Positions 50,003 to 63,275 of a stretch of DNA of 64,000 bases are shown one piece after another. Made by a program: the position numbers and the translations under genes. The notes beneath the pieces were generated by a model. It saw nothing but the letters and a program-made list of their open reading frames with translations, did not search any database and was not told the DNA's origin. The DNA is from Octopus sinensis (lineage: Eukaryota). How positions within the stretch are numbered: position 1 is the stretch's first letter; every line of letters begins with the position of its first letter. Location of the stretch: NCBI RefSeq assembly GCF_006345805.1, contig NC_043002.1, positions 48,484,001-48,548,000 on the forward strand, read 5' to 3'.

Positions 50003-51679
50003 CACCACTTTTGATCACACAGTATATATATATATATACACACATTCACACATACACACACACCCATACCTACGTATGTACACGAGTGCGGTGGGAGAGA
50101 GAATTATGAAATGAAATACAAATATATGTCGTTGCGTATTCAGCGATGATAGAATTGAAAAAGAAGGCTGAAATAGATGAGATGGAATGAAGAGAAGTAA
50201 GGGAAAAGAGGATTTGTGGATATTTCCAAAGAAACGCTGCTGAGGAAAGAAAACAAAAAAATGCACTTTGTCAACGTGAGAATTCTTTCCCTTTGGCTGT
50301 TTCATTCAATAAATACTCTGTTGCATGTAATGTCGAGGCGAAACTAAGAAACATATAACTGTTTCATTTCTAAAGAACAGCAAATATTTTCATTTAATGC
50401 CTTCATGTGCAAAAGAAAGAAAAAAAGAAAGAAACAAAGAAAAGGAATAGATACTATCTTCAAGAAACTTTATTGTAGGCGTTTTACACCAGATTTATCT
50501 AAAGCAGAGCATGTGAAGTGTTCCAGTATTAAGCTTATAATCTGCATGTTTTGTCACATTAAATGTTCATTTATTTATTCACAAGCTGGAAAATTTCAGC
50601 AAATATTTATGTAGGTGTTTTTTTTTTTTAAACACCTTTAAAAAGCTAAAGGGCTTTGAATCGTATGGTCGTATCTATGTCTAATTCTGATAGAATGCTT
50701 CGCTGTTAAAGGTTAGATTTTCTATTGCTGTCAATCCTTTCTTTTCTGAAAAAAGAATACTTTTGGCAAGATCTTCATTAGAACACGTTTTATCAAAATG
50801 GCAAAGGAATATATACACATATATACATATGTATATTTTATCTCACTATTTTCACAATTCTCTTGTTGGACGCCATAGAGGAAGTTGTAAGCTTCAGATA
50901 AAATGACTTTGCATGTCTATTTCGATTTTACATTCTGTATATTTCCGTTTATTTACTGAACGAATATTCTAAGAAAAATTACGCTTTCACACCCCTTTTT
51001 CCTTTGTAAAGATATGAGTATTTATGGTTCTTATCTCGGTTGAAGTGGTTTTCGAAATATCCTCTTACTAAAAGCTGCCTAATCTAGCTACGAGTTACAT
51101 TACCCAGTTAGTCATCTGTTTATTTATCTAGTTGTTAAAGAAACCAACAGAGGACTATCAACGTTATTGTCCAACCTACTAGAAATAACAACCAAGATTT
51201 CCCACAAATCTTATGTTCTATTTTATAAACGATGTCTAAATAAAGACAAGTTGATTATGGCTAGGACGCTTTTGAAAATGGATCATGTTAATTAAAGCCG
51301 ATCTGGGTCTACACAGCAACTAGCTTTTAAGTTATAAATCTATGCATCTTTTCTACTTATTCAGCAAACTATTTCTCCTTACTTATTCAGATAGCTATGT
51401 TTTCTAGTTTGTTTCATTTACCATTCCTGCTTATTTAACTTAACTTGGAGTAGCTATTTACCTTGGTTATGCGCTTGTTAATCTAATTAACCCTCTTGTT
51501 CAAAAAGATGAGGCATATTTCTTTATGTAGAAATCTCTTAGATTAACTACGTACTAAAATATTATTAACACGCAAAGACACACACGCGCATATAGACATA
51601 CATGCAATGACTACAACTATAAGTAGTTAAACATATTTAATGTCTACCTCAATTCTATTTACATAGTACTAATCGCAGC

Positions 51680-52272
51680 TTCTAATTTAGGGACAAGATC
51701 ACCCTACTTGTGAGGAGGAGATTAGACGATACCACCGACCCCAGAACTTATTTTTATCGACCTCGAAAACATGAAAGGCAAAGTTAACTTCGACGTGATT
51801 TGAACTCAGAACGTAAAGCGGCAGCAGAAATGTTGGTTTCAAATTTTGACACGACACTAGCAATTTTTGTTGAAGGAATGAGTCGATTGCATCAACCTCA
51901 GGGTTTAACTGGTACTTATTTCATCCATCACTTATGGATAAAAATCAAAGATGACCACAGTGGTATTTGAACGTAAATTTGATTAAAATGCTGCTAAGCA
52001 TTTTAGCCTGTGTGCTAACTATTCTGCCAGCTCGCCGCCTTTAGTGCCAGAAGAAATACTGGTTTAAAATTTGAGCCCAAAGCCAGCAGTCTCGTGGGGG
52101 AGATAAGTCGATAATATCGACACCGCAGTTCAACTGGTACTTATTTTATCGACCCCGAAAGAATGAAAGGCAAAGTCAATCTCGGCGGAATTTGAATTCA
52201 GAGCGTAAAGACAGACGAAATGCCGCTAAGCAATTTGCCCGGTGTGCTAACGATTCTGCCAGCTCAACGCTT
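51680..52272 (-). mobile_element. Cluster of three SINE family A copies
   Basis: Units at about 51680-51832 (5'-truncated), 51833-52041 and 52058-52272, each with a TATCGACC.CGAAA..ATGAAAGGCAAAG-like domain; heads at 52041 and 52272. Confidence 0.85.
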
Positions 52273-52760
52273 TACACATTATTACTAACAAGTAAATTTT
52301 GCTGAATCCTTCTAATAGACTACAACTGCCTGCTGTGTAACATTAAACTACTTGAAGTGTTACTAGCAGTATTCGTGGGAATTCCGATATTATTAGAAGT
52401 TTATTGGAGAATTATGATATACATCAGTTCTTTTGAAATTGCGCCTTTCGTTAAGAGTTTCACTTTTGCGACGGCACTAAGTCTACATCACGTTTACCTA
52501 GAGATTTAGTGTATATTATTTTTATAATTACGTCAGAAAATAAACATTCTTAAGTATGGAATGAAATCAAACACAGCATCTGAAATAATATTTGTTATGA
52601 TAAGATTGCGTCCATAAAGCTTTAACATGTATTTATGCACTGTAGAATATCCTTATTTACATATGTATGTATGTATGTATATGTATGTATGTATGTATCT
52701 ATGTATGTATGTATGTATGTATTTATGCATGCATGCATACATACATGCATGCATATATGT

Positions 52761-52935
52761 ACCTGGAGAGCTGTAAAGTTTTTGGCTTTAAGAATGTCGT
52801 GAAAGGCCTGGTTGGAGGCCCAACCTAACGTGTTCTTTTTTAACAGGGCTGAGAAAAACTGAAGCACCGCTTCAATAAATGTGTGGATCTGAGAGAGGAA
52901 TATGTTGAATAAACCCATAATTACCACTCTATTGT
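52761..52935 (+). mobile_element. Mariner-like 3' fragment
   Basis: FF*QG*EKLKHRFNKCVDLREEYVE* matches the mariner transposase C-terminus. Confidence 0.65.
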
Positions 52936-53289
52936 ATGTATGTATGTATGTATGTATGTATGTATGTATGTATGTATGTATGTATGTATGTATGTATGTA
53001 TGCATGTATGTATGTATGCATGTATGTATGTGTGTATGTATGTATGTATGTATGTACGTACGTACGTGCTCTTAATTATTTGAAATCTTCCTGTAAGGAA
53101 GGAGCGGTATCTAACTAAGATAAAAAGCACCGTCATTAAAAACAAATTCCCTGAGAAAAATTTTGCCTAATTTTACTGTTCCGCTTATAGATTGTAATTC
53201 TAATGTATGGATAAGCTGTGTGATTTCTTTCTCTGAAAACTCCCGCTTATCTAGATGCTACTTATATATGTATGTCATTTTTCAGTTTT

Positions 53290-54590
53290 ATTTCAATAGA
53301 GAAAGAGCCGGTTTCTAAACTAAATTCAAGGTTACTTCATTGGAATTTCTACATCAACAACAGGTATTTTTGCTTGTATGTATATATGTATGTGCAGATT
53401 TGTATCTTTATGTATGCATCCTCATGCATATAATAGCATATCTAAACATGCTCATATATATTTGAATGATAAACCTCTGGAAATTTTTAGATTTTTACAG
53501 TTCCAGTGATAGATTTGATCTGTAGTCTCGAATTAGCTTTCTCCTTTCTGGTCTTGAGAAGCCTAATTTCTCAAGATTGGTATTTAAATAGTGTGTTACA
53601 TATCCCAGGGTCCCAATAATTACAGATCTAAACCTGAACTTGTAATCTGGATAGAGTAACTGCATATTTCTCAACAGTTCAGCGTAAGCATTCACTTTTT
53701 CACTGATCTTCAGCTTTATGTTAACATCCACTGGGCAGCTAATTTCCACAACTCTTCTCTATCCCAAATCATTATATCAGGTCTGTCCTTCTTACATTTT
53801 ACTGCGGTCTTCACTGGTAGATTCTACCAGTACTCCTTTTTATTATGAGTGGCTATGGCTTCTAACATACTGTGAGTTCTTATTTCTTTGTCCTCGGGGT
53901 TATCCTTCCGACGGATTTCATTATAGAGCGTCCTAGCTACAACATCACGTCTCATCGGTTGATAATACCGTGATGACAACTGCTTATGATTTGCTTATGA
54001 TTTTGCGGTGTTAACTCCGCAAAGTCTGCATAGGCTGTCACATTTTACTGCTTTTCCTGCATGTCTATCCCTTTTGTGTATGAGGTACTTGGTTGATTTT
54101 TCCTGTTCCTGGATTGCAAACGCATACCCTTCCAAGTGGGAGGTAATACTCCGGGTATTGGTCCATGATAAACTGCTTTGATGATCGATGTTTCTATGAT
54201 CACGGAGCTTTCTAATAACATATCCATGATTCTTCTCGTATTGGCTCATCTTTTTATCTCATGATACGTTGCGGTAGAATCGTGCGACTTCTTTGGGTAT
54301 GTATTCTAGGTTCTCAGATAAAGAATGTTGCTCAAGAAGCTGCCTTCCAAGTCTTATGATATTATCAGCCTCATGTATGCAGCCTTGGTGAAGGGATGCA
54401 TTTCGACACTTGGTGGTTAAAAGATGTTGCCGAAGGGATATGATACAATATTCAAAGGCTTTTTGTATCGCTGTTAAGCATCTGTCACCTTGTTTTGTTT
54501 TAGGTAGAAGCAGTCTACGTCACTTTATGTGGAAATTATGTGTGTTTGTTAGTATTTTGGGGGTTTTCTCAATGTACGTATATATACATG
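53290..54590 (-). mobile_element. 3' part of an R4/Dong-like (restriction-like endonuclease) non-LTR retrotransposon
   Basis: KILTNTHNFHIK.DVDCFYLK (cf. FHPKSDVDRLY); EGYAFAIQEQE..TK; CRLCG...RRDVVARTLY (CCHC knuckle); RPDIMIWDRE and EISCPVDVN..K..EK..AY (PD-(D/E)xK endonuclease). Confidence 0.85.
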
Positions 54591-54849
54591 CATGTAAGTA
54601 TACATGTATGTATGTATGTATGTATGTAGGTATGTATGTATGTATGTATGTATGTGTGTATGTATGTGTGTATGTACGTATGTCTGTATGTATGTATGCA
54701 TGCATGTATAGATGGATATGATAATGATATAAATGTGATAATAATTTTCAATTAATATTTAAATATTTAATATACATCTTAATCATTTCTGGAAAATTCT
54801 TTGAAGGATTTTTATGTGTCTTCAATACAACATATATCCTGGGCAATTA

Positions 54850-56230
54850 TTTTAAAGATATGCTGATGTAAGCATTATAAATGCAAAGCTTTAGTGAAGA
54901 ACTTAATTTCCAGAATTCGAGTATCCATCCTTAGAGCTAGGGCTGTTAAGGTGTGCACAATAACCCTCTATATGGTTCTATATCCTGCTTACCTGAGGGA
55001 GGTGTAAATATCGCATCAGATTTCGGACTTTTGAAAATCCAAAAATCAGTACAAGCACTAGAAATGTAGTGCACTTCCTCCGATGCTCTCACGACTCTGA
55101 GATTCATCTTTCTAAGTAAGACACTAGATCACGATCGTCAACGAGCAACAATTTGTACACTACAGTCATGAATGCTTTTGTTTTAGCTTTGGAGCAATTC
55201 ATACTGAACAGTTTATTAGTTGTTCGGTAGTGGACAAAGATATATACTACACAATTCTGAATGAAACTTTTGGGTAATTACTATCATAAGGTATAACAGA
55301 GAAAAAAATTAGGTTCCAGTACATTCTCCTTTTCGCTCCATTGTCTCAGGGGTTTTATCTAACAGAGCACCATATGAACTGAAGTAAGCTTTCATACCAG
55401 TAGTTGGCCAAACATGCTGATAAACATAAGATGACACCCCAGCGTTCCCAGAATTCTACATATTCCATTTCTATTCTCTGAGTCAAAACATTCATAAGAC
55501 CAACAAAACTGGATATAAAGGGAGACCTCGCTTCAAACACTTTTTCTGTTATTGTCTAAAACCAAATATCCTTTTGCTGTGCCTCTACCAGATCTACGAT
55601 ATATGTATGTATTTGCAAACGATTCAACAAGATATCTGGTGGATATCTTACCAAAATTTAGAAGCAGAAAAGTACCATAAAAATCATCGTAGTTTGATAT
55701 AGCGCTTTTTCTTTTACCGTTAAACAGTAATATCAGTAATGCATCTATTAAATCTTGTGAAACTGGATAAATATCCTACACATTGGCTATCAAGATGGTC
55801 ACAAACAGCCATGTTTATAACATCAGAAGGAGGTACCCCTTGGCCTTTTCTGAATTGAAGTGTTTAATGCTTAAGATCATGCCTATTTCTTCAATAATTT
55901 GGTTCTAAGGAAGGTCTACTGTAACAGTTTAATGTATTGAGCATGGGTTATCAAAAACATCTATGAAATGCTATGCCCATTTTTTCAAAATATCCTCAGT
56001 AATCAAAATGGATCCACTTTTATATCGGTAAAGAGCATATCCTTGCTTTAATAAACAGACAGAATGTCCTTGTCGACAGTCGAAGTAAAAAAGAATGGCG
56101 TTTTTGAGAATAATAGTACAGATTCTTCTGCTAAGATTGGCGGGATATAGAGAAGAAACACTTCAAGTCAGTGGCAACCAGAGTTCAATAATTCAAGACA
56201 ATCTTGATATGTAATAAACTCATTGATAAA
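54850..56230 (-). mobile_element. Ancient, heavily decayed RTE-clade LINE reverse transcriptase
   Basis: Frameshifted relics on the minus strand: SQDLIDALLILLF, GKI..ILLNRLQ, RSGRGTA, FDSENRNGICRILGTLGC..FISM, KTKAFMTVVYKLLLVDDRDLVS (decayed YADD at about 55130), FTPPSG...EP. Confidence 0.7.
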
Positions 56231-56339
56231 ACTATACTTGGTAGCGTAAGTTTAATCAGTAGGTCAGTCATTTTGTACTTATTAAGGTACAAGCGAAGCA
56301 AGTAAGCGGCATCACATATACGGAAATAGCTAATACAAA

Positions 56340-56575
56340 AGTAGTTTAATTTTATTGCCGGTTTTGGAGGTAGTTGTAGAGGCCATGTCCTTTGCAGCCT
56401 CATCTCCGCCTAAACTGGTGGGATTGTTGTTATTAATGTTCATCTTGATCCTTTCTAAATCAATACCAGCGGTAAAGTTAAGAGCAAGGAGGGGAATTCC
56501 AGAGAACTGATGTAATGTTAAGGGCATGACTCGGGTGATGAAAGGAAAAAAGACAAATAGGTCGAGAGTACTTGA
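56340..56575 (-). mobile_element. 3' end of an older Jockey/CR1-group LINE (downstream half of the element split by the CR1 insertion)
   Basis: LWNS(P) followed by frameshifted IDLERIKMNIN resembles the LWN.LP......DL..FK..IN terminal motif. Confidence 0.5.
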
Positions 56576-56577
56576 GT

Positions 56578-57650
56578 AATAATAATAATAATAAAACATT
56601 GTGTACAGTGCTCAGGTGCACTACAACTCATCTAAAGTGTATGTATAGTACATAGGGTAATGTACAAGCGTCAAGAAAAGAACAGTGCATGAGTCATGAC
56701 ATACACATATGTGTATGAGTATGGAAGGGGGACAATCAGGTGTAGTTTCGGCGGATTTCGGAAAGCATGAGGGCCTTAAAGGATGCAGTGTCATGGCAGT
56801 CAACAACTGACGCAGGCAGTTTGTTCCATGCTTCAGAAACTCTGAGAGTGAAAAAATGTTTCCGAAAGTCATGGGAGCTGTGCTGTTTTCTGACTTTGTA
56901 GGCATGTCCACGTGTGTTGGACACATGGAGATCAAAAAGGTGTTCAGTGTTGTTGTTGGTGAGGTGGTTGATAACTTTGTGGGTGTTTACCAAGTCCATC
57001 GCCAGACGCCGGGGCTTCAGTGAATCCATGCCCAGGGAAACAAGGCGCTCAGAGTATGGTAGGTGTCTGATGGAGGGTATGCGTTTGGTTGCACGTCTCT
57101 GACCAGATTCCAGGAGGTCAATGTTCTGAGCAAGATAGGGGTTCCAAACTGATGATGCGAATTCCAAGTGTGGTCGTACCATAGCTGTATACAGCTTTAA
57201 ATAGATGGCTGGAGGGCGGCTAACAAAAGTCTTGCTGAGTGATGCCAAGACACCCTCGGCCTTCTTGACAATTTTAGAGATATGCTTTGTCCAACGCAAA
57301 TCACTGCTGACAGTGATGCCTAGGTCACGTTCGCAAGAGGATTTCTTGATATCAGTGTTGTGGAGGGAGTATGTGGATGCATGGTGGTACACTTGTCTAC
57401 AGCCTGTTTCAGTTGCCAGTCTGTGATCCATTGCTACATTGTGTCCAGGTCTGATTGCAGGAAAGAGTTGTAGACATCAGGATCTTTCCTCTTGATTTCA
57501 AGGTACAGCTTGATGTCGTCTGCATATTTCAATACGGTGGCATTCTTTAAAGTGGCATCTATGTCATTAATGTATGCCACAAACAAGAGGAGACCAAGAA
57601 CAGATCCCTGGGGTACACCCGATGACATCTCATATGGTGTAGAATGCTGT
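56578..57650 (-). mobile_element. 5'-truncated CR1-type LINE with (TTA)n tail
   Basis: SSGVPQGSVLG.LLF..YIND, KYADDIK, ERDLG, VRPHLEFASSVWNP, QRRATK, YSERL, RGH..K, FF..RV..AWN.LP; tail (TAA)n at 56578-56596 on the + strand. Confidence 0.95.
56736..57431 (-). pseudogene. C-terminal CR1 reverse transcriptase reading frame (231 aa, uninterrupted)
   Basis: ORF from the track. The YADD motif lies in the adjacent ORF 57434-57697, separated by a frame break. Confidence 0.9.
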
Positions 57651-57654
57651 GAGT

Positions 57655-57890
57655 AGAAGTGTAATAAGGCCAACCAGCTCCGAAAAGCAAAGTCCATTAT
57701 AGTAACGGTACAAAAGACATGGAGAGGGGATAAACACGCCTGTTGGTCAGATGCTGCAGTGTATAGGTAAGGAATATTATACTAATCAGTTGGGAAACGA
57801 TTAAGGATGCAACAGCACCATCCCAGATGTGGGAACAGTATGCCATTATGAAGCCATTGTAGAGTAACAATAATTGTTGGGGACTTCTGA
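57655..57890 (-). mobile_element. Upstream half of the older Jockey/CR1-group LINE
   Basis: YCSHIWDGA and LYRYYNGLCFSELVGL motifs of a LINE RT C-terminal region, distinct from the CR1 copy next to it. Confidence 0.65.
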
Positions 57891-58487
57891 TCCTGTAGAG
57901 AAGAGCAGGTCATTGGGGGGGGGAGAAATATACATGTATATATGTTAGTGACTGTGTGCATACGCGTCTGTGTATATTACCGTGAGTGTATAATCGTCTA
58001 TGTGTCAATATGGATGCATACTTGATTTTTGTGTACCTGTTCCCTCATACTGTTATATGTACGTGTTTGTATGCCATTTCTCTCATTGTGAGTAAATACA
58101 TATGCATATGTGTGTGTGAGAGAAAGAGAGTGCGTGTGTGAGAGAAAGGGAGAGAGAGAGAGAGAGAGAGATAGAGAGAGAGAGCTTCATCGTTTGAATG
58201 TAGATAACAGAAAAAACCATGTCCCATTTTAACCTTGAGAAAAGTCTTTCATTTTAATTTTTACTGTTGTTTAATCCAGCGATCAGAGTTCTTTTTAACG
58301 TAACGTCGAGAATTATGTGTAAGTGGTGTATTCAGGTATACGATAGCCACGTGTCTTTTAGTACCGTCCTTTTCTCATTTCATCGTACCCTATATACCTC
58401 TCTTGAATATCTCATATATTAACATACAAATTGACTTGTGCAGTTAGCAACAACCCCGGCAACCTTCACTAGTGAGCATGCTTTAAT

Positions 58488-58556
58488 ATTATCTCTTTAT
58501 TACATCTGCAGCGCCCTGTGGGCAATAAAGAAATAATTATCTCTTTATTACATCTG
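58488..58556 (+). mobile_element. 27-bp retro-insertion with a 21-bp TSD
   Basis: ATTATCTCTTTATTACATCTG at 58488-58508 and 58536-58556 flanks CAGCGCCCTGTGGGCAATAAAGAAATA, which resembles the alternative SINE A tail (20945-20972). Confidence 0.8.
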
Positions 58557-58561
58557 AAACT

Positions 58562-58630
58562 CTGATGAGTCTAGGAACGGCTTTGCTGTTTTCTAGATGA
58601 AACATTCTGCATATGTGTGTGTGTGGTGTC
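58562..58630 (+). ncRNA. Hammerhead-ribozyme-like motif with canonical core and long stem II
   Basis: CTGATGA-GTCTAGGAACGG-CTTTG-CTGTTTTCTAGAT-GAAAC; possible stem III ACATT/GGTGT ending in GUC at 58628-58630; stem I weak. Confidence 0.55.
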
Positions 58631-60363
58631 ATAAGATGCCGATTTTCGTCACATTCAGTTCGCTGTTGAAAACTGACTTCAATGCTGGAAACTAAGTATC
58701 TGTAATATGCTAGGGAGCGATTAAATCGATTATCAAAAACAAATTTGGTTTTATGACTGAAGAAATCCATTCTTGCAATTCACTTACAAGCAGCAATTGA
58801 CAGTGAACCCTCTGAATATCCATCCTACTCCCACAATTAGGACTTGTTAATTACCATAATTAATAAGACAATTCTCAATTTTTCCCGTCTAATGGAGCAT
58901 CAGGCTATCGCCTCACATTTTTTCCGTGGTGCAATATAAAAAAAAACAACAGCAACAACAGCAACAGTAAAAACAACAGCAACAACAACAACAACAACAA
59001 CTACTACAACAATAACTATATTAATATCATGAAAATTGTTAAATACAATCAGCAACAAATAATTATTTATCGGGACCCCTCTGCCCAGCGACTGTCCTTT
59101 GTGATGTGTATCTATGCTATTAACTCAACTAGCATAGATATAGAGAGATAGGAGACTCATAATGATAGTTAAACACTAAATTAGCAATTATTCAGGAATG
59201 CATCTCCAAATTAGTTCTTTGATAGTTTCATAAATATCTGAATTATTGTTTCTTTTATTGACAACAAAATCACACTAATTACCGCATTCTACTAGCTGTA
59301 GGAGAAAGGAATGGCTACACTTAGTTGTTAGATACCCACTAGCATTAATACCATATTTTTCTGTAATCATGAAATAAGCTTGGTTGCTATACGAATTAAT
59401 TATGATCTTACTTGTAAGTGGTACCATAAATAGTAAAAAGCTACAAAAAAAAAGAAGAAAAGAAAGACAAATAGAAATAATTATAACAATCATATTGATT
59501 TCTAACAAAATGGAGACCAAATAAATGATACTCTCCGCTGAATTTATTCGTTTCTCACAGAATTATTGCTTTCAGAATTGTTCTTTTATCCACCAATTCG
59601 TTTTTAGTATCAACTAATATTCACTGATCCAGCTTTATTGGTTTCATTTGAGAGATTGACAGTGTATGTTCTTGTTTTGTTTTATCATTTGCATCTGTCT
59701 TGTGTATATCACGTGTTTATGATTACTTGCTTGCGCTAATTTTAAGTTCCAACATTACATCTATAACTTCAACCGAACTAATGAAGCGGAACTTTTGTTT
59801 TCTAGAATCATACGAAAGCAAATAGCTGAGCTTCGTCAATATTTGTACTCGGTATGCCATGTGTCCCATGATTTGTTGTGTTGTTAGGAGATCACCTGAA
59901 ACTTTTATGATGTTCTAGTATATGGAGGATATATTAGCTTGTTGAGGCTGAATTTCTACATTTTCATCACTTACTATAATAGAGAGAAAATACTGCTCAA
60001 ATCCTTTCCAAACCCTCCCCAGGTTGTTGAAAGTAATATGGTTAATATCCAGTTTGTACTTCTTCAGGAAGCGCTTTTTTTTTGTTTTGGAGATGGAATG
60101 TGAATGGATGAGAAGCTCTGGAAGGGAAAATTTCTGAAGAGAAATGGTTAGGAAAAGTATTTAATCTGGAGTCTCGGTGACAAATATAGTGAATATGTGA
60201 AGTGGAGGGAAGACGCATGAGTTAATAGTATTGTATTTCAAAGATGAATGATAAAGTAAGGACATATCACAACCATTTAGTAGCTTTCACTGAGTATCCG
60301 TAAGTGAAGGTTTATTTACATTAGTAAAAGTTGTGAATACATTCCAGAATGTGCGTGGTTGTA

Positions 60364-61691
60364 TTGGGCGGGACAGAGAGGGCAGACGTTTTTGAAAAAT
60401 TCACAAAACCATTGATTTTAGCTGCAAATTTTATTGACATCAATGTGTTTGTACTGAATTAGCATGTGTCAAAATCAAGTGTGGAAAACAACATTCATCA
60501 TGTAGTGTCCGTTTTCATTGATACATTTCTGAAGGCGTTCTTAGAAGATGGCCTACACTCTCTCTAACATTGCTCCGTCGATTTGGGTGACGTCCACGCG
60601 AATAGCGTCTTTCAAATCGTCCAATGTACGGGTCTTATGTGCATACACACGTGCCTTGATATTTCCCCACAAGAAATAATCACACAAAGACAAATCAGGG
60701 GACCGAGGAGGCCAAGGAATGTCAGCAAACCTGAAAATGAGGCAGTCACCGAAGAGAGGACCAAGAACGTCCATTGATGCTCTGGCTGTGTGGGCCGTCG
60801 CCCCATCCTGCTGAAACCACATACGTCGAATAGGCATACGTTTTCGTTGTAATTTAGGCACAAGGAAGCTGTTTACCATCCTTGATGTAACGCTCGGAGT
60901 TCACAGTAAGAATATTTCCATCATTGCCATCAAAATGTAAGAATCAATGGCGGCAGCTTTTCCAACAGCACCCCATACCGTCACTTTTGGACTGTGCAGT
61001 GGTATTTCATGCATCTCTCTCGGATTTTCAAGAGCCCAATAACGACAATTCTGTTGATTCCATTAAAATGAAGATAAGCTTCATCACTCATTAACAAAAT
61101 GAAGTTGTCATTTGTCTCAAAAATTGCTTCCATCTGACGTGCGAAGTTAAGCCGCTGTGCGTAGTTCCATGGTTTTAACTATTACCCAATGACCAATTTG
61201 TATGGGTGGAAATGCTGGTCTTCATGCAAAATACGCTTTACCGATCAATTACCGATGCCAAATTCAGTGAAATGCCTCCGAACAGAGCGATTCGGATTCC
61301 GTATCAAAGCTTGTCTGACGCGTTTCACATTTTCCGGGATCCGTACCGTTCGTGGTGCCCCTACCGGTCTCCTATTCATTAGTGTACCTCGTGTACGAAG
61401 TGCATTCACCCAACTTAAGATTGTGCTATGGATGGGAACAGCCTGATTTCGGTGAATGTTGCAGTGGCGCCGAAACTCACGCTGAACCGCTGTGGCAGAC
61501 TTGTTATTCTTCACGTAATTATCGTAGGTAAATACGCGATGCTCTACTATCTACAGCACCATGACTTCACCTGAAAAGAACAAAAGTGCTAAGACACCAC
61601 AGAACGAATAGTACCTGTCGGACATGAGTTCCTCCTCCTGGGTAATAGTAATAGCCATTTCAAAAATGTACATCCTCTTTGCTCCACCCTG
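60364..61691 (-). mobile_element. Full-length decayed rosa-family (DD41D) transposon
   Basis: Transposase relic from ATG 61562: MSDEA, FQQDGATAH...WPPRSPDLSLCDYFLWG with 41 residues between the second and third Asp. Diverged TIRs (CAGGGTGGAGCAAAGAGG / TTGGGCGGGACAGAGAGG) flanked by TA. Confidence 0.92.
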
Positions 61692-62957
61692 TACTACTAT
61701 CTGCATGTATTCTATAGAAAATGTACTGTTATATGTTTTTGCGCTTATATAAGCTCGTTAACTATTCAGTGTTCAAGAATTTTCTAATAGAGAAGAGTAG
61801 CCTCAGTTATTATATATTAGTGTCAGATAGCAACTTATATACATGCGAGAACGTGAATTCAACTCTACAATCTCGTGAAACTGCTTTCAAGATATAGCAA
61901 GCGCTAATTACTCTAAAGCAGGGATGGCCAAATTTGCTTAACGTAAGATCTACACTCGATAAAGTTCAGATGTTTGAGACATGAACAAAATGTACAATGT
62001 GCTTACATTTGTATCTGTGTCTATGTTTGTGTGCTGCAACTCAGATCGATAAAATAAGTACCACACCTGACAAAATAAGTATTGGAGTTGATGTGATCGC
62101 TTAAATACCTTCTAGGCACTGTCCTACCATGGCCGCTGTCTAATGACTGTGGCCAATAAAATAAAAGGGTGCATTTAACATGAAAGTAAAAATTTCATCC
62201 CGCCCCCGGTAATTCTTTTGTTTCTCACCTTTTTCTTATATTTTCGATTTTGTTTTCCAGTAAAAAATTTCTTAATCTTTCTGCAGGCCTTAGAGTTTGA
62301 GATATTTTGCATTTTTAACGCTACGAACACATCATTTGTTTCTTCTCGTCATTTCAAATTAATTTTTGAAATCGAAATCTTAAAACTTAAACAAAAAACT
62401 TCGCGCGTACAGACATACACACAAACATGCTTGTATGAATTGAGCACACAAGTTCGTACATACGCGAGATTTTATTTACATTTTAAACTTTCAATTTCAA
62501 ATATTCATAATTTAGATTATGAGAAGACATAAATCATGTATTTGTAATATCTGCATTTAAAAACGCAAATTATATGGAAAAAAATATCTCAAACAATGAG
62601 GATTTTAAGATGGATATTAAGAAATTAAAATTATTTTTTCTTTGCAAAATTATATGGAATAGTAGAACAAAATATTGTATGGAATAGTAGAACACAAATT
62701 CGAAAATTACCACAAACCAAAACAATTACGGTCTGTTAAAGCTGTGCTTCCATCTCAAATACGTCAATGACAGAATATGTTTTAATTGTTACGTTCATAT
62801 TTTGTATATATGCAATAGCATGTATTCGTGAATGCAGAATATTAAAATTTTAAACAGTGTTAGTTTCAATTTATAATAGCGTATTTAATAGAGAAACACT
62901 TACAAACAGTATGTAGATTTGCATTTGAGTAACATAAAATTAGATCGTCAAGAATAA

Positions 62958-63128
<171 letters not shown>

Positions 63129-63130
<2 letters not shown>

Positions 63131-63186
63131 AAACATGCCCAGAAATCATCTCCAATGTAAGTAACTGTTAGTAGCTCATAATTATA

Positions 63187-63275
<89 letters not shown>

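Noticed and set aside
61919-61935. CAGGGATGGCCAAATTT as the terminal inverted repeat of the hAT relic at 63.5-64 kb
   Set aside because: It resembles Charlie-type ends, but the partner end lies outside the window and 1.5 kb of unrelated sequence intervenes.
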